Numbered from the stretch's first letter, positions 1 to 10,532 are shown. The stretch is 64,000 nucleotides of DNA from Bdellovibrionales bacterium (GCA_020630675.1 JAHDIR010000001.1:89015-153014); one strand, 5' to 3'. Notes: generated from the sequence alone by a model not told the origin. A program made the numbers and translations.

Positions 1-1
1 T

Positions 2-160
2 ATTATTGTCACTCATAATATGCAACAGGCTGGCCGTATATCTGATGAAACCTATTTTTTTCATGAAGGGCACTTGGTCGAGTTTGGCGAAACAAAACAA
101 ATATTCACCAACCCAAGTAAAAAGAAAACAGAAGACTATATCACTGGTCGTTTCGGTTAA
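2..160 (+). CDS. pstB: Phosphate ABC transporter ATP-binding protein PstB, C-terminal fragment (5' end lies outside the window)
   Basis: Frame 2 reads [52 protein letters not shown], the conserved PstB C-terminus. It lies directly upstream of phoU. Track ORF 6..212 is a different overlapping frame. Confidence 0.85.
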   Translation: MIVTHNMQQAGRISDETYFFHEGHLVEFGETKQIFTNPSKKKTEDYITGRFG

Positions 161-281
161 ATTATTTATTCATTCAATTTATATATTTCTATTTATAGAA
201 CTCACATTTTAACAATGTGCGTTTGATTTTCAAAGTTAAATGGCGTTAGACTAAAAACGACCAACATGGAGGTTCGGGGTT

Positions 282-974
282 ATGGCACTACATTTACAAA
301 CTGAAATTGGAAAATTAAAGAAAAAGCTTCTTATGCTAAGTGCAATGGTGGAAACCAACCTTAGCAAGTCTGTTGATGCTGTTGTGAGATGTGATGCTGA
401 TTTAGCTAAGAAAGTTATTAAACTAGATGAAGACATTGATATTCACGAAATTGATGTCGAAGAGGAATGTTTAAAAATATTGGCTCTTCATCAGCCTGTA
501 GCCATAGATTTAAGGTTTGTCATTTCGGCTTTAAAAATAAACAACGACTTAGAGAGAATTGGTGATTTGACAACCAATATTGCTTACCGATCTATGAAAA
601 TGTCAAAAGAATCAATGACAGATGTTCCATTTGACTTTGAAACTATGGCCGAAAAAACTCGTCATATGTTAAAAAAAGCTATTGATGCTTTAATTAATAT
701 GGATGCAAGCTTAGCTCATGAAGTTTGTCGAGATGATGATGAAATTGATAATATGAATCGCGAAACTTTTCATGTGACTCGAAAAAAAATTAGAGATAAC
801 CCTGAAATGGTTGAATACTATTTAAATTGGCGCTCTATTTCTAAGCATTTAGAAAGAATAGCTGACTATGCGACAAATATAGCTGAAGATATTATTTATA
901 TGATTGAAGGCGTGATTATTAGGCACTCTTACGGTGAAATAGAATCCGACTCTGAATTATCAACCAAGGAGTAA
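282..974 (+). CDS. phoU: Phosphate signalling complex protein PhoU
   Basis: 230 aa with two PhoU repeats carrying the motifs NNDLERIGDLTTNIA and KHLERIADYATNIAEDI. Follows pstB. Confidence 0.93.
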   Translation: MALHLQTEIGKLKKKLLMLSAMVETNLSKSVDAVVRCDADLAKKVIKLDEDIDIHEIDVEEECLKILALHQPVAIDLRFVISALKINNDLERIGDLTTNIAYRSMKMSKESMTDVPFDFETMAEKTRHMLKKAIDALINMDASLAHEVCRDDDEIDNMNRETFHVTRKKIRDNPEMVEYYLNWRSISKHLERIADYATNIAEDIIYMIEGVIIRHSYGEIESDSELSTKE

Positions 975-977
975 CCA

Positions 978-1691
978 TTGAAAAGATTGATTTTAATAAT
1001 CCTACCCCTGGCGGTGTCTGTTGGCTGTGTAAGTAAGTCAAAATATCAAGCTTTGCTTGATAAAAATAGTTTAGACACAAAACTGTTGGATGACAAATTG
1101 ATCGATTCGCAAAAGCAACTTCAGCTAGCGATGCAAGATAAAAGTAAGTTAAAACAAGACCTCGCGGATTTAGCTAAATATAAACAAAATGCCGACAAGC
1201 GTATCTCAGAATTTAAAAAGTTAACTGAAAAATTTCAAAGCTTAATTAATGCCGGAAAACTAAAAGTAAAGCTTCTTAATGGCCGAATGGTTGTTGTAAT
1301 GTCTACAGATATTTTATTTCAATCTGGGTCTGCTGTTTTAAATCAGGAAGGGGCTAAAGAGATTGAGCAGGTCAGTCTTGTTCTTAAAGATTTAGAAAAC
1401 AAAGAGTTTCAAATTGCCGGTCACACGGATAATATTCCTATTAAATCTGGACGAAATTTTACCAACTGGAACTTAGCCGCGAACCGTGCATATACCGTAT
1501 TAAAAACTATGTTAGACAGTGGTTTCCCACGCGAAAGAATTAGTATAGCTAGTTATGCCGAAACTAAACCTGTTTCTGAAAACTCTTCACGAGAGTCCCG
1601 AGCAATGAACCGTCGAATTGAAATCGTCGTTGTTCCTGATTTATCTCAACTTCCGGGGCATGAAGACCTAGAGAAGATGTTTAGTAAATAA
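978..1691 (+). CDS. OmpA/MotB-domain lipoprotein with coiled-coil N-terminal half
   Basis: TTG start 4 nt after the phoU stop. Signal peptide with lipobox LAVSVGC. C-terminal peptidoglycan-binding OmpA-like motifs GHTDNIP, NWNLAANRA and NRRIEIVV. Confidence 0.85.
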   Translation: MKRLILIILPLAVSVGCVSKSKYQALLDKNSLDTKLLDDKLIDSQKQLQLAMQDKSKLKQDLADLAKYKQNADKRISEFKKLTEKFQSLINAGKLKVKLLNGRMVVVMSTDILFQSGSAVLNQEGAKEIEQVSLVLKDLENKEFQIAGHTDNIPIKSGRNFTNWNLAANRAYTVLKTMLDSGFPRERISIASYAETKPVSENSSRESRAMNRRIEIVVVPDLSQLPGHEDLEKMFSK

Positions 1692-1762
1692 TTCTAAGAA
1701 TAAAAAAAGTAAAACCATTCAAAAATTATTAGAATAGATATAATTTGCTCAGGATTTTTAAT

Positions 1763-2626
1763 TTAATGGCCTGAGCTTATGGGTAAAGACATTCCAAAAT
1801 CAAACTTAATAAACATACCATTTACTTTACTCTCAATGTCTTTTCCAAAAAAGGTTTCATTAAAAAAAACATCTAGCTCTAGTGGCCATGGGCCAATGGG
1901 GTTTTTGAAATCAAAACTAGCAGACATATAAGATTTTGTGCCAGGGTCGTAATTAAGAACGGGGAGCTCAGTGAGGATATGTTGTAAGTTTTCATTTAAA
2001 GTATAGGAGTCAAAGCCATTTCGACTTTGATCAAATTGCGCTGAAGCCAATAGTTTTTCAGACATCGACACACGATAATGACTTTGAAAGTTGTCATTTT
2101 CTAAACGAGCTAATTCTTTAGGAAACTTATAAGGTATTCCTACTTTTTGTGCCTGTACAGAATCTAAATAAAATCGATGGGAGTAATTAAAGTAGCCTTG
2201 ATTAGAACTATTTTTAAACTGAACATAGGGAATAAAAACGATGAGTTCATGGTAAGGCGAAACAGAGCCCATTGTGATAAGGTCAACAAAGGCGTTATTT
2301 ATGGGGATATTATTTATATGAGTGGGTTGGTTATGACCAAACATTATAAAAACCGGGTGATAGTCAGAGCTTTGTTTTTGTTTAGCTAACTGAAGTTCAT
2401 TCGGTAAGATGTGTTGCAGAGAATCTTTTTTTATTTCCAGAGTGGTGACGATACTACTAAACTGCCCATAGCCAATAATAGGAGCTTCAAAGCCAGGGCT
2501 AGCTTCAACAAAGCGGTTGTTTATAATTTCTGGTTTGCTATCGGTTTGAAAAAGTTTTTTACACTCTTGAGAGTAAACCCATTGCGATCCAAGAATAACC
2601 ATACATATAATCAATGTTCTTAACAT
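1763..2626 (-). CDS. Secreted hypothetical protein (possibly acetoacetate-decarboxylase-like fold, unverified)
   Basis: Long ORF. The internal ATG at 2626 is preceded by AAGGAG and gives signal peptide MLRTLIICMVILGSQWVYSQ. No family recognised with confidence. Confidence 0.6.
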   Translation of the reverse strand: MLRTLIICMVILGSQWVYSQECKKLFQTDSKPEIINNRFVEASPGFEAPIIGYGQFSSIVTTLEIKKDSLQHILPNELQLAKQKQSSDYHPVFIMFGHNQPTHINNIPINNAFVDLITMGSVSPYHELIVFIPYVQFKNSSNQGYFNYSHRFYLDSVQAQKVGIPYKFPKELARLENDNFQSHYRVSMSEKLLASAQFDQSRNGFDSYTLNENLQHILTELPVLNYDPGTKSYMSASFDFKNPIGPWPLELDVFFNETFFGKDIESKVNGMFIKFDFGMSLPISSGH

Positions 2627-2875
2627 TAATAAGCTCTCCTTGTAATTAATAGCAAAGTTAATCCATGGGCTTTTACAGATCAAGGCTTTGCATATATAGG
2701 GTATTTAATTCAGTAAAAAATTGTTTTAATTTTATTCAGCAGTTAATTTTAGTCAGTAAAAATTACTTTATGTCTTTTTCTGTTACAAAAATTGAAATTT
2801 ATGTCTCAGCTTAGCTCATAATTTTGGCCTATATATTGTACATACCAAGACTAAGGTCTCGAGGAGGGGTGTGTT

Positions 2876-3835
2876 TTGGGTTTTAGATTATTACTTGTTC
2901 AAACAGGAATTTTACTTTTATTTTTAACCTCTTGTGAGGAAGTCAGATTTGAACAAACTTTAACTTCAGACTCAACAGCCACCAGTGTTTCTCCTGATGA
3001 TTTTGACGACGGGTTTGACGATGACGGAATTTATATAGACAACAGCACATTCGGAGCTAGAGTTATTAATATAGCTAACCCAGTAGAGCCTTCAGCTATT
3101 GGCGAAGAAGGGGAGCGTGTAGGTGGTCAAGTGACTTGTGTGAACTATGACGACTCAAGAGCCTGCTATAATAATACAAACTCTCAAGTTTTTGTTGGTG
3201 ATTCGTTTGAAAGAGAAGATGTAGCCCCGTTAAATAATAACATTTTTAGTTGGAGAACAATAATCAACGACAATGGAAGAATTATTGACGGAACTGCCGC
3301 CAATAATGTCGAATTAAAGTCTTATGACAGCTCTGTTTTAGGTGAGGCTGCCGACGGTCAACGTTCTTTATACTTTACAGGAAGAGCAGGAAAGGGGTCT
3401 GTTCATAGTTTATATTTGGTGACTAAAGCCTTTGATCTTTCAGAAACCAACGGAATAGTGTATTTTTCTTTTAAGTATTTACCTTTAGGTTTAGAGCGTG
3501 GTGAATTTTTTCGTTTAGAAATATGCAACAATTCTTTAGAAAACTGTGGGGTGGGAAGCACCTTAAGTGTTGATGGCTTACAAAGTAGAAACTGGCTTTC
3601 TATTTTCGAAAGCAACGGTTCTGAAGTGAATTCGAACTTGACAGGTTTAAACCACACACGCTCCGATTGGGTGACGAAACAAATGGCGGTGCGTTTAGAT
3701 GGTTTTCAGCGATCTCAGTTTGTATTTCGCTTACACGCCTATATGGATGAAGGTTTTTACAATAATAATTTTCGACAAGGAGTGGATGACGCCATTGGAG
3801 TCGACGACTTTAGAGTCTTTAGCTTTTTTAAATAA
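2876..3835 (+). CDS. Hypothetical lipoprotein
   Basis: TTG start preceded by GAGGAGGGG. Signal peptide with lipobox FLTSC, followed by an acidic linker. 319 aa with no recognised domain. Confidence 0.6.
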   Translation: MGFRLLLVQTGILLLFLTSCEEVRFEQTLTSDSTATSVSPDDFDDGFDDDGIYIDNSTFGARVINIANPVEPSAIGEEGERVGGQVTCVNYDDSRACYNNTNSQVFVGDSFEREDVAPLNNNIFSWRTIINDNGRIIDGTAANNVELKSYDSSVLGEAADGQRSLYFTGRAGKGSVHSLYLVTKAFDLSETNGIVYFSFKYLPLGLERGEFFRLEICNNSLENCGVGSTLSVDGLQSRNWLSIFESNGSEVNSNLTGLNHTRSDWVTKQMAVRLDGFQRSQFVFRLHAYMDEGFYNNNFRQGVDDAIGVDDFRVFSFFK

Positions 3836-3840
3836 AAAAG

Positions 3841-5145
3841 CTATGTGAGTTCTTTTAAGTTTTGGTTTAAATCAACATTTTCCACTTTAGCTAGGTAAAG
3901 GGCGCCGGCGGCATCTCCTGTGACATTAACAACAGTTCTTCCCATATCAAGTAAGCGATCAACACCTAAGATAAGAGCAATACCTTCAGCAGGAATACCT
4001 AAAGACGCCATGGCTGACATTAAGATAGGAATGGACCCGCCAGGAACCCCAGCGACCCCAATAGATGTAAGCAATACTAGAGCAACAAGAGTGACTTGGC
4101 CGGTTAAGCTAATATCAACTCCAAAAACTTGAGCAATAAATAAAGCGGCAATAACTTCAAACAAGGCCGTTCCGTCCATATTGACCGTAGCTCCTAACGG
4201 GACGGCAAAGGTGGAGATTCTTTCAGGAACACCAAAGCGAGTTTCTAAATTTTGAATGGTGGTTGGCATCGTAGCGCTACTTGAGCTGGTACTAAAAGCT
4301 GTAGCAACAACGGGTACAATTCTTTTGTAAAATTCTTTGACGGGTATACGCACAAGAAACTTCATAACTAAAGAGTATGATAAGAAAAAGTGAGTAATAT
4401 AACCTGCCATAACTACAAAAATATAAAGAGCTACATTTTTCATCACTTCTAGGCCAAAGTTTGCTACGGCAGAGATGATGAGAGCGGCGACGCAATAAGG
4501 AGCCAAGCTCATTATCCAGCCCACCACTTTAATGCAGGAGTCAGAAACAGCATCAAAAAATGTGACCACAACAGCAGATTTTTTATTATCAATGGAAATA
4601 AGTGCAATACCAAAAAGAATAGAAACAAAAATAATGGCCAGCATATTAGCTTCAGCCATATCATTGATTATATTTTTGGGAATGACTTTTTCGACAAGCC
4701 CAGGCCACAGGGAATCATTTACCGCTGTACTTTTTTCTTTTAACCCAGCGATTTGACTTTGCATAGATGTTAAAGCTTTATCTCTGTATTCTGCAGATAC
4801 GCCTTCACCTGGGCGTACAGTTGAAATAAAGAACTGGCCAATTAAAACGGCCATAAGGGTTGTCGCCAAATAAAATGAAATGAGTCGTCCACCAAGTCGC
4901 CCCACATTTTTTACGTTACCAAGTTGAGCCACTCCAACAACTAAAGAAGCAAAAACTAAAGGTACCACCACCATAAATAGAGAGCGTAAAAAAGCTTTAC
5001 CCATGGGGTCTATTAAATACTTGAGTAAACCGTCTCGAAGAGAGTTTTCGCCCCAAATGTTAAAAAGGTAGCCGATAAAGCCACCGATAACCAGGCCAAT
5101 AAATATACGCGTGCTATTACTGTGATCTTTAGTTTTTTCAGACAT
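3841..5145 (-). CDS. Dicarboxylate/amino acid:cation symporter (DAACS, GltP/DctA family)
   Basis: 434 aa polytopic membrane protein with family motifs TSSSSATMPT and VNMDGTALFEVIAALFIAQ. Confidence 0.88.
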   Translation of the reverse strand: MSEKTKDHSNSTRIFIGLVIGGFIGYLFNIWGENSLRDGLLKYLIDPMGKAFLRSLFMVVVPLVFASLVVGVAQLGNVKNVGRLGGRLISFYLATTLMAVLIGQFFISTVRPGEGVSAEYRDKALTSMQSQIAGLKEKSTAVNDSLWPGLVEKVIPKNIINDMAEANMLAIIFVSILFGIALISIDNKKSAVVVTFFDAVSDSCIKVVGWIMSLAPYCVAALIISAVANFGLEVMKNVALYIFVVMAGYITHFFLSYSLVMKFLVRIPVKEFYKRIVPVVATAFSTSSSSATMPTTIQNLETRFGVPERISTFAVPLGATVNMDGTALFEVIAALFIAQVFGVDISLTGQVTLVALVLLTSIGVAGVPGGSIPILMSAMASLGIPAEGIALILGVDRLLDMGRTVVNVTGDAAGALYLAKVENVDLNQNLKELT

Positions 5146-5419
5146 TTGGCGATAATAGTTAGGAATAGGTTTGTATTCAAGTAATAAAATAGACTTCTAG
5201 TTAAAGGCATAGGGAGCAAGATCTATTTTATCGAAAATGCTGGCGCGGCATGTAAGTCACTGAAAATTAATTGTTTTTTGTGAGTAGTGGTTAGCAAAGC
5301 TTGCTTCTGCAAGTGATTAATTATTTAATAGTAAAAGCTGCAAATAAAGAAGCTGCCCCTAGTGTTTAAACTTCTGTCCTCTAGGGTGTTATCAATTTTT
5401 TAAAGGGTGTAATTTTTTT

Positions 5420-6325
5420 ATGCATAGAATGGCAGCCATTGATTTAGGTTCTAACGCCGTTAGGCTTTTAATTGCTCACCGAGAAAAAAATGGAAAAATT
5501 AATTTTGAAACAAAAGTACGGGCTCCTCTTCGTTTAGGCAATGAAGCTTTTTCAGAACATGCTCTTTTGTCGGATTCTTTAATTGAATACGCTCAATTTG
5601 TTTTTTCTGAGTTTGCTGAGATTATAAAAAAAGAAAATATTGATGATGTGGTGAGTTTAGCCACCAGCGCTTTTCGTGAGGCTAAAAATAGTGAAGAGCT
5701 AAAGTCAGCGATTAAAAAATCAAGTGGTATTGAATTACAAAAAATATCTGGAGCAAAAGAGGGAGCTTTAATCTTAAATGCCGTTCACTCAGAGTTTAAT
5801 TTTAGTAACTACTTAGATTATCTTCTATTTGATATCGGTGGGGGCTCTATTGAACTATCGCGAATTAAGAAGGGGCAAATTAAAAATAGTAAGAGCTTTA
5901 AAATAGGCACTGTAAGGTGGCTTTTACAAGAAAAAAATCAAGAACAAGATTTTAAGTCATTCATTAGAAAAGTAAAAAAAGAAATATATGATTACGTTGA
6001 ACAGGAGTTCCAAAATAGTGAAAGTGTAGATGTTATTGGTACAGGTGGTAACTTTAGGTCTTTATTAAAACTCAATCGCTTAATGATTAATAAAAGTACC
6101 GATTTTATCAAACCAGAAGAGCTCGAGGCTCTTTATGAAACGTTAAATTTAACCAGTTATAATGATAGAATTGAGAGCTTTGGTATGAAGCCAGACCGAG
6201 CCGACGTTATATTGCCAGCTATAAAAATTATAAAAATGGTTATTAAAGGTTTGCCGGTGAATAAAATTTTTTCGAGTGATTTAGGCTTAGTTCATGGTAT
6301 TGCTCTAGAACATTTACAGGATTAG
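5420..6325 (+). CDS. ppx: Ppx/GppA-family phosphatase (exopolyphosphatase, N-terminal catalytic domains only)
   Basis: N-terminus AAIDLGSNAVRLLIA and DIGGGSIEL are ASKHA-fold Ppx/GppA motifs. 301 aa. Convergent with the ppk1 operon. Confidence 0.85.
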   Translation: MHRMAAIDLGSNAVRLLIAHREKNGKINFETKVRAPLRLGNEAFSEHALLSDSLIEYAQFVFSEFAEIIKKENIDDVVSLATSAFREAKNSEELKSAIKKSSGIELQKISGAKEGALILNAVHSEFNFSNYLDYLLFDIGGGSIELSRIKKGQIKNSKSFKIGTVRWLLQEKNQEQDFKSFIRKVKKEIYDYVEQEFQNSESVDVIGTGGNFRSLLKLNRLMINKSTDFIKPEELEALYETLNLTSYNDRIESFGMKPDRADVILPAIKIIKMVIKGLPVNKIFSSDLGLVHGIALEHLQD

Positions 6326-6371
6326 TCTCGCTAATTTTCAACAAAAATATAAATTAATAATTTTAAAATAA

Positions 6372-6884
6372 CTACAAAAAAAGACTAGATATTTGTTCTT
6401 GAGTCATATGCCACTGTAGTTTCACTTTGTTGGAGTTAAAGTGAATAAATGACATCCCACCTTTTTTAAAAGTTAAGAAACAATTTTTACTATCAACTCC
6501 TAGAAGATGGTGAGTGAGTAAGCCAATGTCAGGGTTGTGCCCCACCAAGGCAATGGTTTTATCACTGTCTTGGCTTTTTTTAATACGATTAAGCAGAGTC
6601 ATAATTGATTTATAGTTGCCGCCCGGGTTAAGAGCTTTATTCGTTATTAGTTGTGAGCCGCTGAATTGTCCGTGGAGAATTTCAGCGGTTTGTAAGGCTC
6701 GAGTCAGTTGGCTACTGTAGACAAAATCAATATGACTAATGAGTTTTTTAAGACCAGTTGTCGCTTTTGAAAAGTGGATAAGCCCTGGTTTAGTTAAAGG
6801 CCTAAAATTATCAGATAAAAGACTGTCATTAACCCAACTTTCTCTCTGTTCTGATAATCCATGGCGAATAAGAATTAAGTTCAT
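6372..6884 (-). CDS. Histidine phosphatase superfamily protein, SixA-like phosphohistidine phosphatase
   Basis: Has the LIRHG catalytic motif at the N-terminus and a VGHNPDIG motif. 170 aa. Its start overlaps the ppk1 stop by 4 nt (ATGA). Confidence 0.8.
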   Translation of the reverse strand: MNLILIRHGLSEQRESWVNDSLLSDNFRPLTKPGLIHFSKATTGLKKLISHIDFVYSSQLTRALQTAEILHGQFSGSQLITNKALNPGGNYKSIMTLLNRIKKSQDSDKTIALVGHNPDIGLLTHHLLGVDSKNCFLTFKKGGMSFIHFNSNKVKLQWHMTQEQISSLFL

Positions 6885-8980
6885 TCAAATATGTTAAAAA
6901 ATTCTTGCTGAGAATTAAAGTATTTTCCTGTTTTTTGACGTTTTTTATACACTCCCTCCGAGTCAAGCTCCCATGTGTAAGACTTATCTTGAAGAATCAT
7001 TTTTAAAGATTTATAAATCGTGCTTCTGTGTTGTTTATGAGTGATAGGCAAAATCACCTCATTGCGTTCTGATAAGTTTCTATGCATCCAGTCGGCTGAG
7101 CCAATAAAAGTTTTACCGTTGTTAGGGTCTTTCATGCCAGATCTGAAGTAAAATATCCGAGAGTGCTCTAAAAACTGACCCACTAAAGATATAACCTGTA
7201 TGTTTTTAGATAAACCTGGAATACCAGGCTTAAGACAGCAAAAACCTCTAATGATCAGCTGTATAGAAACACCAGCCTGACTGGCTTCGTAAAGTTTTTC
7301 AATAATTTCTGGGTCTTCAAGGCTATTGCATTTAGCGATGATGCCAGTTGGTTTTCCTAATTTTTTATTTTTAATTTCCTGTTGAATCATATTTAAAAAT
7401 TTAGGTTTCATATTGAAAGGAGCCACAAGCAAAGACTTATACTTTAAAGGCATTGAAGCGCCAGTTAAGTAGTTAAAGACTTGCAAGACCTCGAGACCAA
7501 TTTTTTGGTCACTCGAAAAGTAGCTCATGTCAGTATAAAGTTTACTTGTTTGGCTATTAAAATTACCAGTTCCAATATTGAAATAGGTTTTAAGGCGGCC
7601 TCGCTCTTTTCTAACCACTAAAATCATTTTTGCATGAGTTTTCGTGTCTTTAGACCCATAACTGACATGAACACCGTAGCGTTCTAACTCTTGAGCCCAT
7701 TTGATGTTCCTTTCCTCATCAAAACGAGCTTTAAGTTCAATAATACAGGCCACTTGTTTTTTATTTTTAGCCGCTTGAATGAGCAAATCAATCAAACGAC
7801 CATCGTCATCTGTTCGGTAAAGAATGATTTTAATAGCTTTTACTTTCGGGTCGTTGGCGGCTTGTTGTAAAAACTTAGTCACAGAATCACGGTAGCTATG
7901 GTACGGAAAGTGAATTAAAGCATCATTGTTAGATAAATAATTAAATATATTGGCCTGACCTTCAATATCTTTAAAGTCATTCACTTTGTTATGTTTAACG
8001 GGCTTGTACTGTAATAAAGGAAAGTTAAGTTTGTAAATTTGAGAAAAGTTAGTGTAGTGCAGGTGAGAGTTAATTTTGAAGATCATATTGTTTTTTAAAT
8101 TAAGCTCAGCCTTGAGGTAGTCGAGTATCCAAGAGTCTACTCCTTGCATGATCTCTAGCCGAACAATAGGGGCAAATTTTCGATCGTGAAGCTCTTCTTC
8201 CACCCAAGTTACAACATCATCAATCTCCTCATCAACGCTATCATCCATGGCTGCGTTTCGTGTCACTCTAAAAATAGATTTAGACTCCACGATCATTCCA
8301 GGAAATAGCATTTCAAGGTTATTTAAAATAATATCGTCAATACTTATAAAGCGCTCGGGGTACTTGGCCTGTTTTTTAAGGCGAACCCACTGCTCAGATT
8401 CTGACGGTATTTTTACACGAGCAAAAACATACTCATTTTTATTAGGTCTTTTTAGTTTAATCGCAATAGACTTAGATAAATTAGATAAAAAGGGAAAAGG
8501 GTGTCCTTCATCTACTGCTAAAGGAGTGAGTATTGGAAAAATATTTTTTGTGAAATACTTTTTAACATTATTCTTTTCAACATTAGACAGCTCAGACCAA
8601 GCGACAAATTTAATTCCACAACGGTTAAGAGCTGGTAGAACAGAGGTGCGGTAGTTAGAAATTATTTTTTTCCATTGTTTCTCTACTTTAGAGTGGATCG
8701 ATTTATAAAGAGTATCAGCCGCCTGACCATCCAAAGAAAGATCGTTGGCTTGGGACTGAATTTTATTGATTAATCGGCCAACACGTTTCATGTAAAATTC
8801 ATCGTTATTAGAGCGATAAATATCAATAAATTTCAGGCGCTCTAAAAGAGGTGTTTGTTTTTGGGTAGACTGTTGTAAAACACGAGAGTTAAAATCTAAC
8901 CAAGAGAGGTCACGGTTGTAAAAGTGGTTTGGGTTATAGTACTGACCCCTGTATAAAATTTTTTGTTTTAATTTACTCAT
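6881..8980 (-). CDS. ppk: Polyphosphate kinase 1
   Basis: About 700 aa. Conserved N-terminus YYNRDLSWLDFNSRVL and PLD-like C-domains with THAKMILV and LEHSRIFYF. Start moved to ATG 8980 (MSKLKQ...); the 14 upstream codons are non-conserved. Confidence 0.93.
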   Translation of the reverse strand: MSKLKQKILYRGQYYNPNHFYNRDLSWLDFNSRVLQQSTQKQTPLLERLKFIDIYRSNNDEFYMKRVGRLINKIQSQANDLSLDGQAADTLYKSIHSKVEKQWKKIISNYRTSVLPALNRCGIKFVAWSELSNVEKNNVKKYFTKNIFPILTPLAVDEGHPFPFLSNLSKSIAIKLKRPNKNEYVFARVKIPSESEQWVRLKKQAKYPERFISIDDIILNNLEMLFPGMIVESKSIFRVTRNAAMDDSVDEEIDDVVTWVEEELHDRKFAPIVRLEIMQGVDSWILDYLKAELNLKNNMIFKINSHLHYTNFSQIYKLNFPLLQYKPVKHNKVNDFKDIEGQANIFNYLSNNDALIHFPYHSYRDSVTKFLQQAANDPKVKAIKIILYRTDDDGRLIDLLIQAAKNKKQVACIIELKARFDEERNIKWAQELERYGVHVSYGSKDTKTHAKMILVVRKERGRLKTYFNIGTGNFNSQTSKLYTDMSYFSSDQKIGLEVLQVFNYLTGASMPLKYKSLLVAPFNMKPKFLNMIQQEIKNKKLGKPTGIIAKCNSLEDPEIIEKLYEASQAGVSIQLIIRGFCCLKPGIPGLSKNIQVISLVGQFLEHSRIFYFRSGMKDPNNGKTFIGSADWMHRNLSERNEVILPITHKQHRSTIYKSLKMILQDKSYTWELDSEGVYKKRQKTGKYFNSQQEFFNIFE

Positions 8981-9142
8981 AATCTTCAAGGACTCACTTT
9001 GGATATATAAATGAAACACCAATATGATATATTTACAGACATCGATGAGATTTTTATGAGATAATAAGAATCATTGTTAACAAAGTAAACCGCGATTGAA
9101 TTATTTACCCTCTTATTATTGCTTGAGGACTGTTATTTATAG

Positions 9143-9520
9143 GTGGGAGAGGACTTGGCATCTTACTATTATATACTAGGTTTTATTTTTCTGGCCTCAG
9201 TGGGAGCTTTTATAAGGTTCTATTTGAGCCAATTTCGCTTAGATGATCCATTGATGACTCTGCTGGTCAATGTCCTGGGCGCCTTTTTGATTGGTTTTTT
9301 TTATTCTTTAAAAATGAATGGACAGTTAAAAACAGAGGCTTGGGTTCTTGTGGCCTTTGCTTTTTTAGGGGCTTTAACCACCTTTTCGAGCTTCTCTTTA
9401 GAGGTGGTAAAGCTATTTTCCCAAAAGAGCTATCTTGTTGGAATGAGTTATCTTTTGCTCTCAAATATTTTAGCTGTGAGTCTTTGTTATTCCGGTTACT
9501 TACTTGGGCAAAAGCTTTAA
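9143..9520 (+). CDS. crcB: Fluoride ion channel CrcB/FluC
   Basis: 125 aa with 4 TM segments. Motifs GAFIRF, LLVNVLGAFLIGF and GALTTFSSFSLE. Confidence 0.88.
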   Translation: MGEDLASYYYILGFIFLASVGAFIRFYLSQFRLDDPLMTLLVNVLGAFLIGFFYSLKMNGQLKTEAWVLVAFAFLGALTTFSSFSLEVVKLFSQKSYLVGMSYLLLSNILAVSLCYSGYLLGQKL

Positions 9521-9709
9521 GTTGTGGGAGTTTTACTCCAGTCACTTAATTTGCTTTGGAGCAAAAATAAATGCTTAGGCATTTTACAGTTTTATATTTA
9601 TTTCATGGCGATCTCTTGTAATATTTGCAACTTGTTGAAAAAAAACAGGATTTATAGTATAAAAAGAGGAGCAATTCTCGCTTTAATCCAATGATTAGGA
9701 GGTCAATCT

Positions 9710-10192
9710 GTGTCTGTAACTACTACAAATACACCTGAAGTCAGTAATAACTCAACCCCAGTTTCCCCGGCGGTAAATTCGGTGGTCGAAGAGTATCCAG
9801 GTTTTGAAATCGATGCTATGCATGCCGATTTAAAAGTAATAGATGACGTAGATAATATATTGGACCTTCAAGAGTCTCAGTACCCAAAATTTACTTTAGC
9901 AAAAAATAAAGCTCGATTTTTAAGAATGCTAGCTTGGTACAAAAATAAAGAAACTTGGTTGGATGTTGCACCTTTAAGTGGAGTTTCAAAAACTTTTAAG
10001 CAACAATCTAAAGAACTAGAAAGTATTCGTGCCAATAAACTAGATTATGAAATGGAACTTGAAACTGGAACTTTAACTCCTAGCCAACGCTCTTACCGTT
10101 GTGACGAGCTGAAAATGTGTAAAGTTCATGAAAAAATGGCTGTGCACTTAATTTCTAAAATGCAGCTAAAAATCAAATCTGGGCGTAGATAA
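9710..10192 (+). CDS. Hypothetical protein
   Basis: GTG start preceded by TAGGAGG. 160 aa with no recognised domain. Followed by a rho-independent terminator. Confidence 0.6.
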   Translation: MSVTTTNTPEVSNNSTPVSPAVNSVVEEYPGFEIDAMHADLKVIDDVDNILDLQESQYPKFTLAKNKARFLRMLAWYKNKETWLDVAPLSGVSKTFKQQSKELESIRANKLDYEMELETGTLTPSQRSYRCDELKMCKVHEKMAVHLISKMQLKIKSGRR

Positions 10193-10226
10193 GCTCATAC
10201 CTGAATAAATCATTGCTTGATGACGA

Positions 10227-10265
10227 ATGGCTTCCTTTTATAAGGAGGCCATTTTTGTTTTTGGC
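10227..10265 (+). terminator. Rho-independent terminator
   Basis: ATGGCTTCC / GGAGGCCAT stem (one mismatch) with an 8-nt loop, followed by TTTTTGTTTTT. Confidence 0.7.
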
Positions 10266-10532
10266 TTTTTTTGTAAACCATAACCCCTGCCAAGTCTTAT
10301 TTATGTGAGACATCAAATATAGATAAATATTCCTAGCCTTTGCCCGACGAATGTCGAAATAGAATTAAATACTTAGCCCTCCAATTTTTTTGTCTGTATC
10401 TTTTTGAGTTGTTTCAATAGGTTACAGATTTTAAACAAATAATATCAAAAGTAGGCAATTTTTTCCTAATATCTCAGAATAATCCACCGATAAGCTACTT
10501 GATTGAAGTTGAAAAACTTAAATGGAGGTTAT

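Noticed and set aside
6-212. Track ORF of 68 aa at the window start
   Set aside because: It overlaps, in another frame, the unmistakable PstB C-terminus (2..160). It has low complexity and no RBS, so it is spurious.
8981-9022. Fourteen extra codons at the ppk1 N-terminus
   Set aside because: PPK1 homology starts near MSKLKQKILYRGQYYN...YNRDLSWL, so the upstream ATG is probably not used. The same logic applies to the first 28 codons of 61622..63601, which overlap the upstream gene by 92 nt.
9023-9142. Possible fluoride (crcB-motif) riboswitch upstream of crcB
   Set aside because: Only loose fragments (GATGAG, AAACCGCG) are present. The spacing and the conserved GGnGAUGG...CUGAUGAUGCCUAC elements are absent. 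An Infernal scan with RF01734 would be the decisive test.
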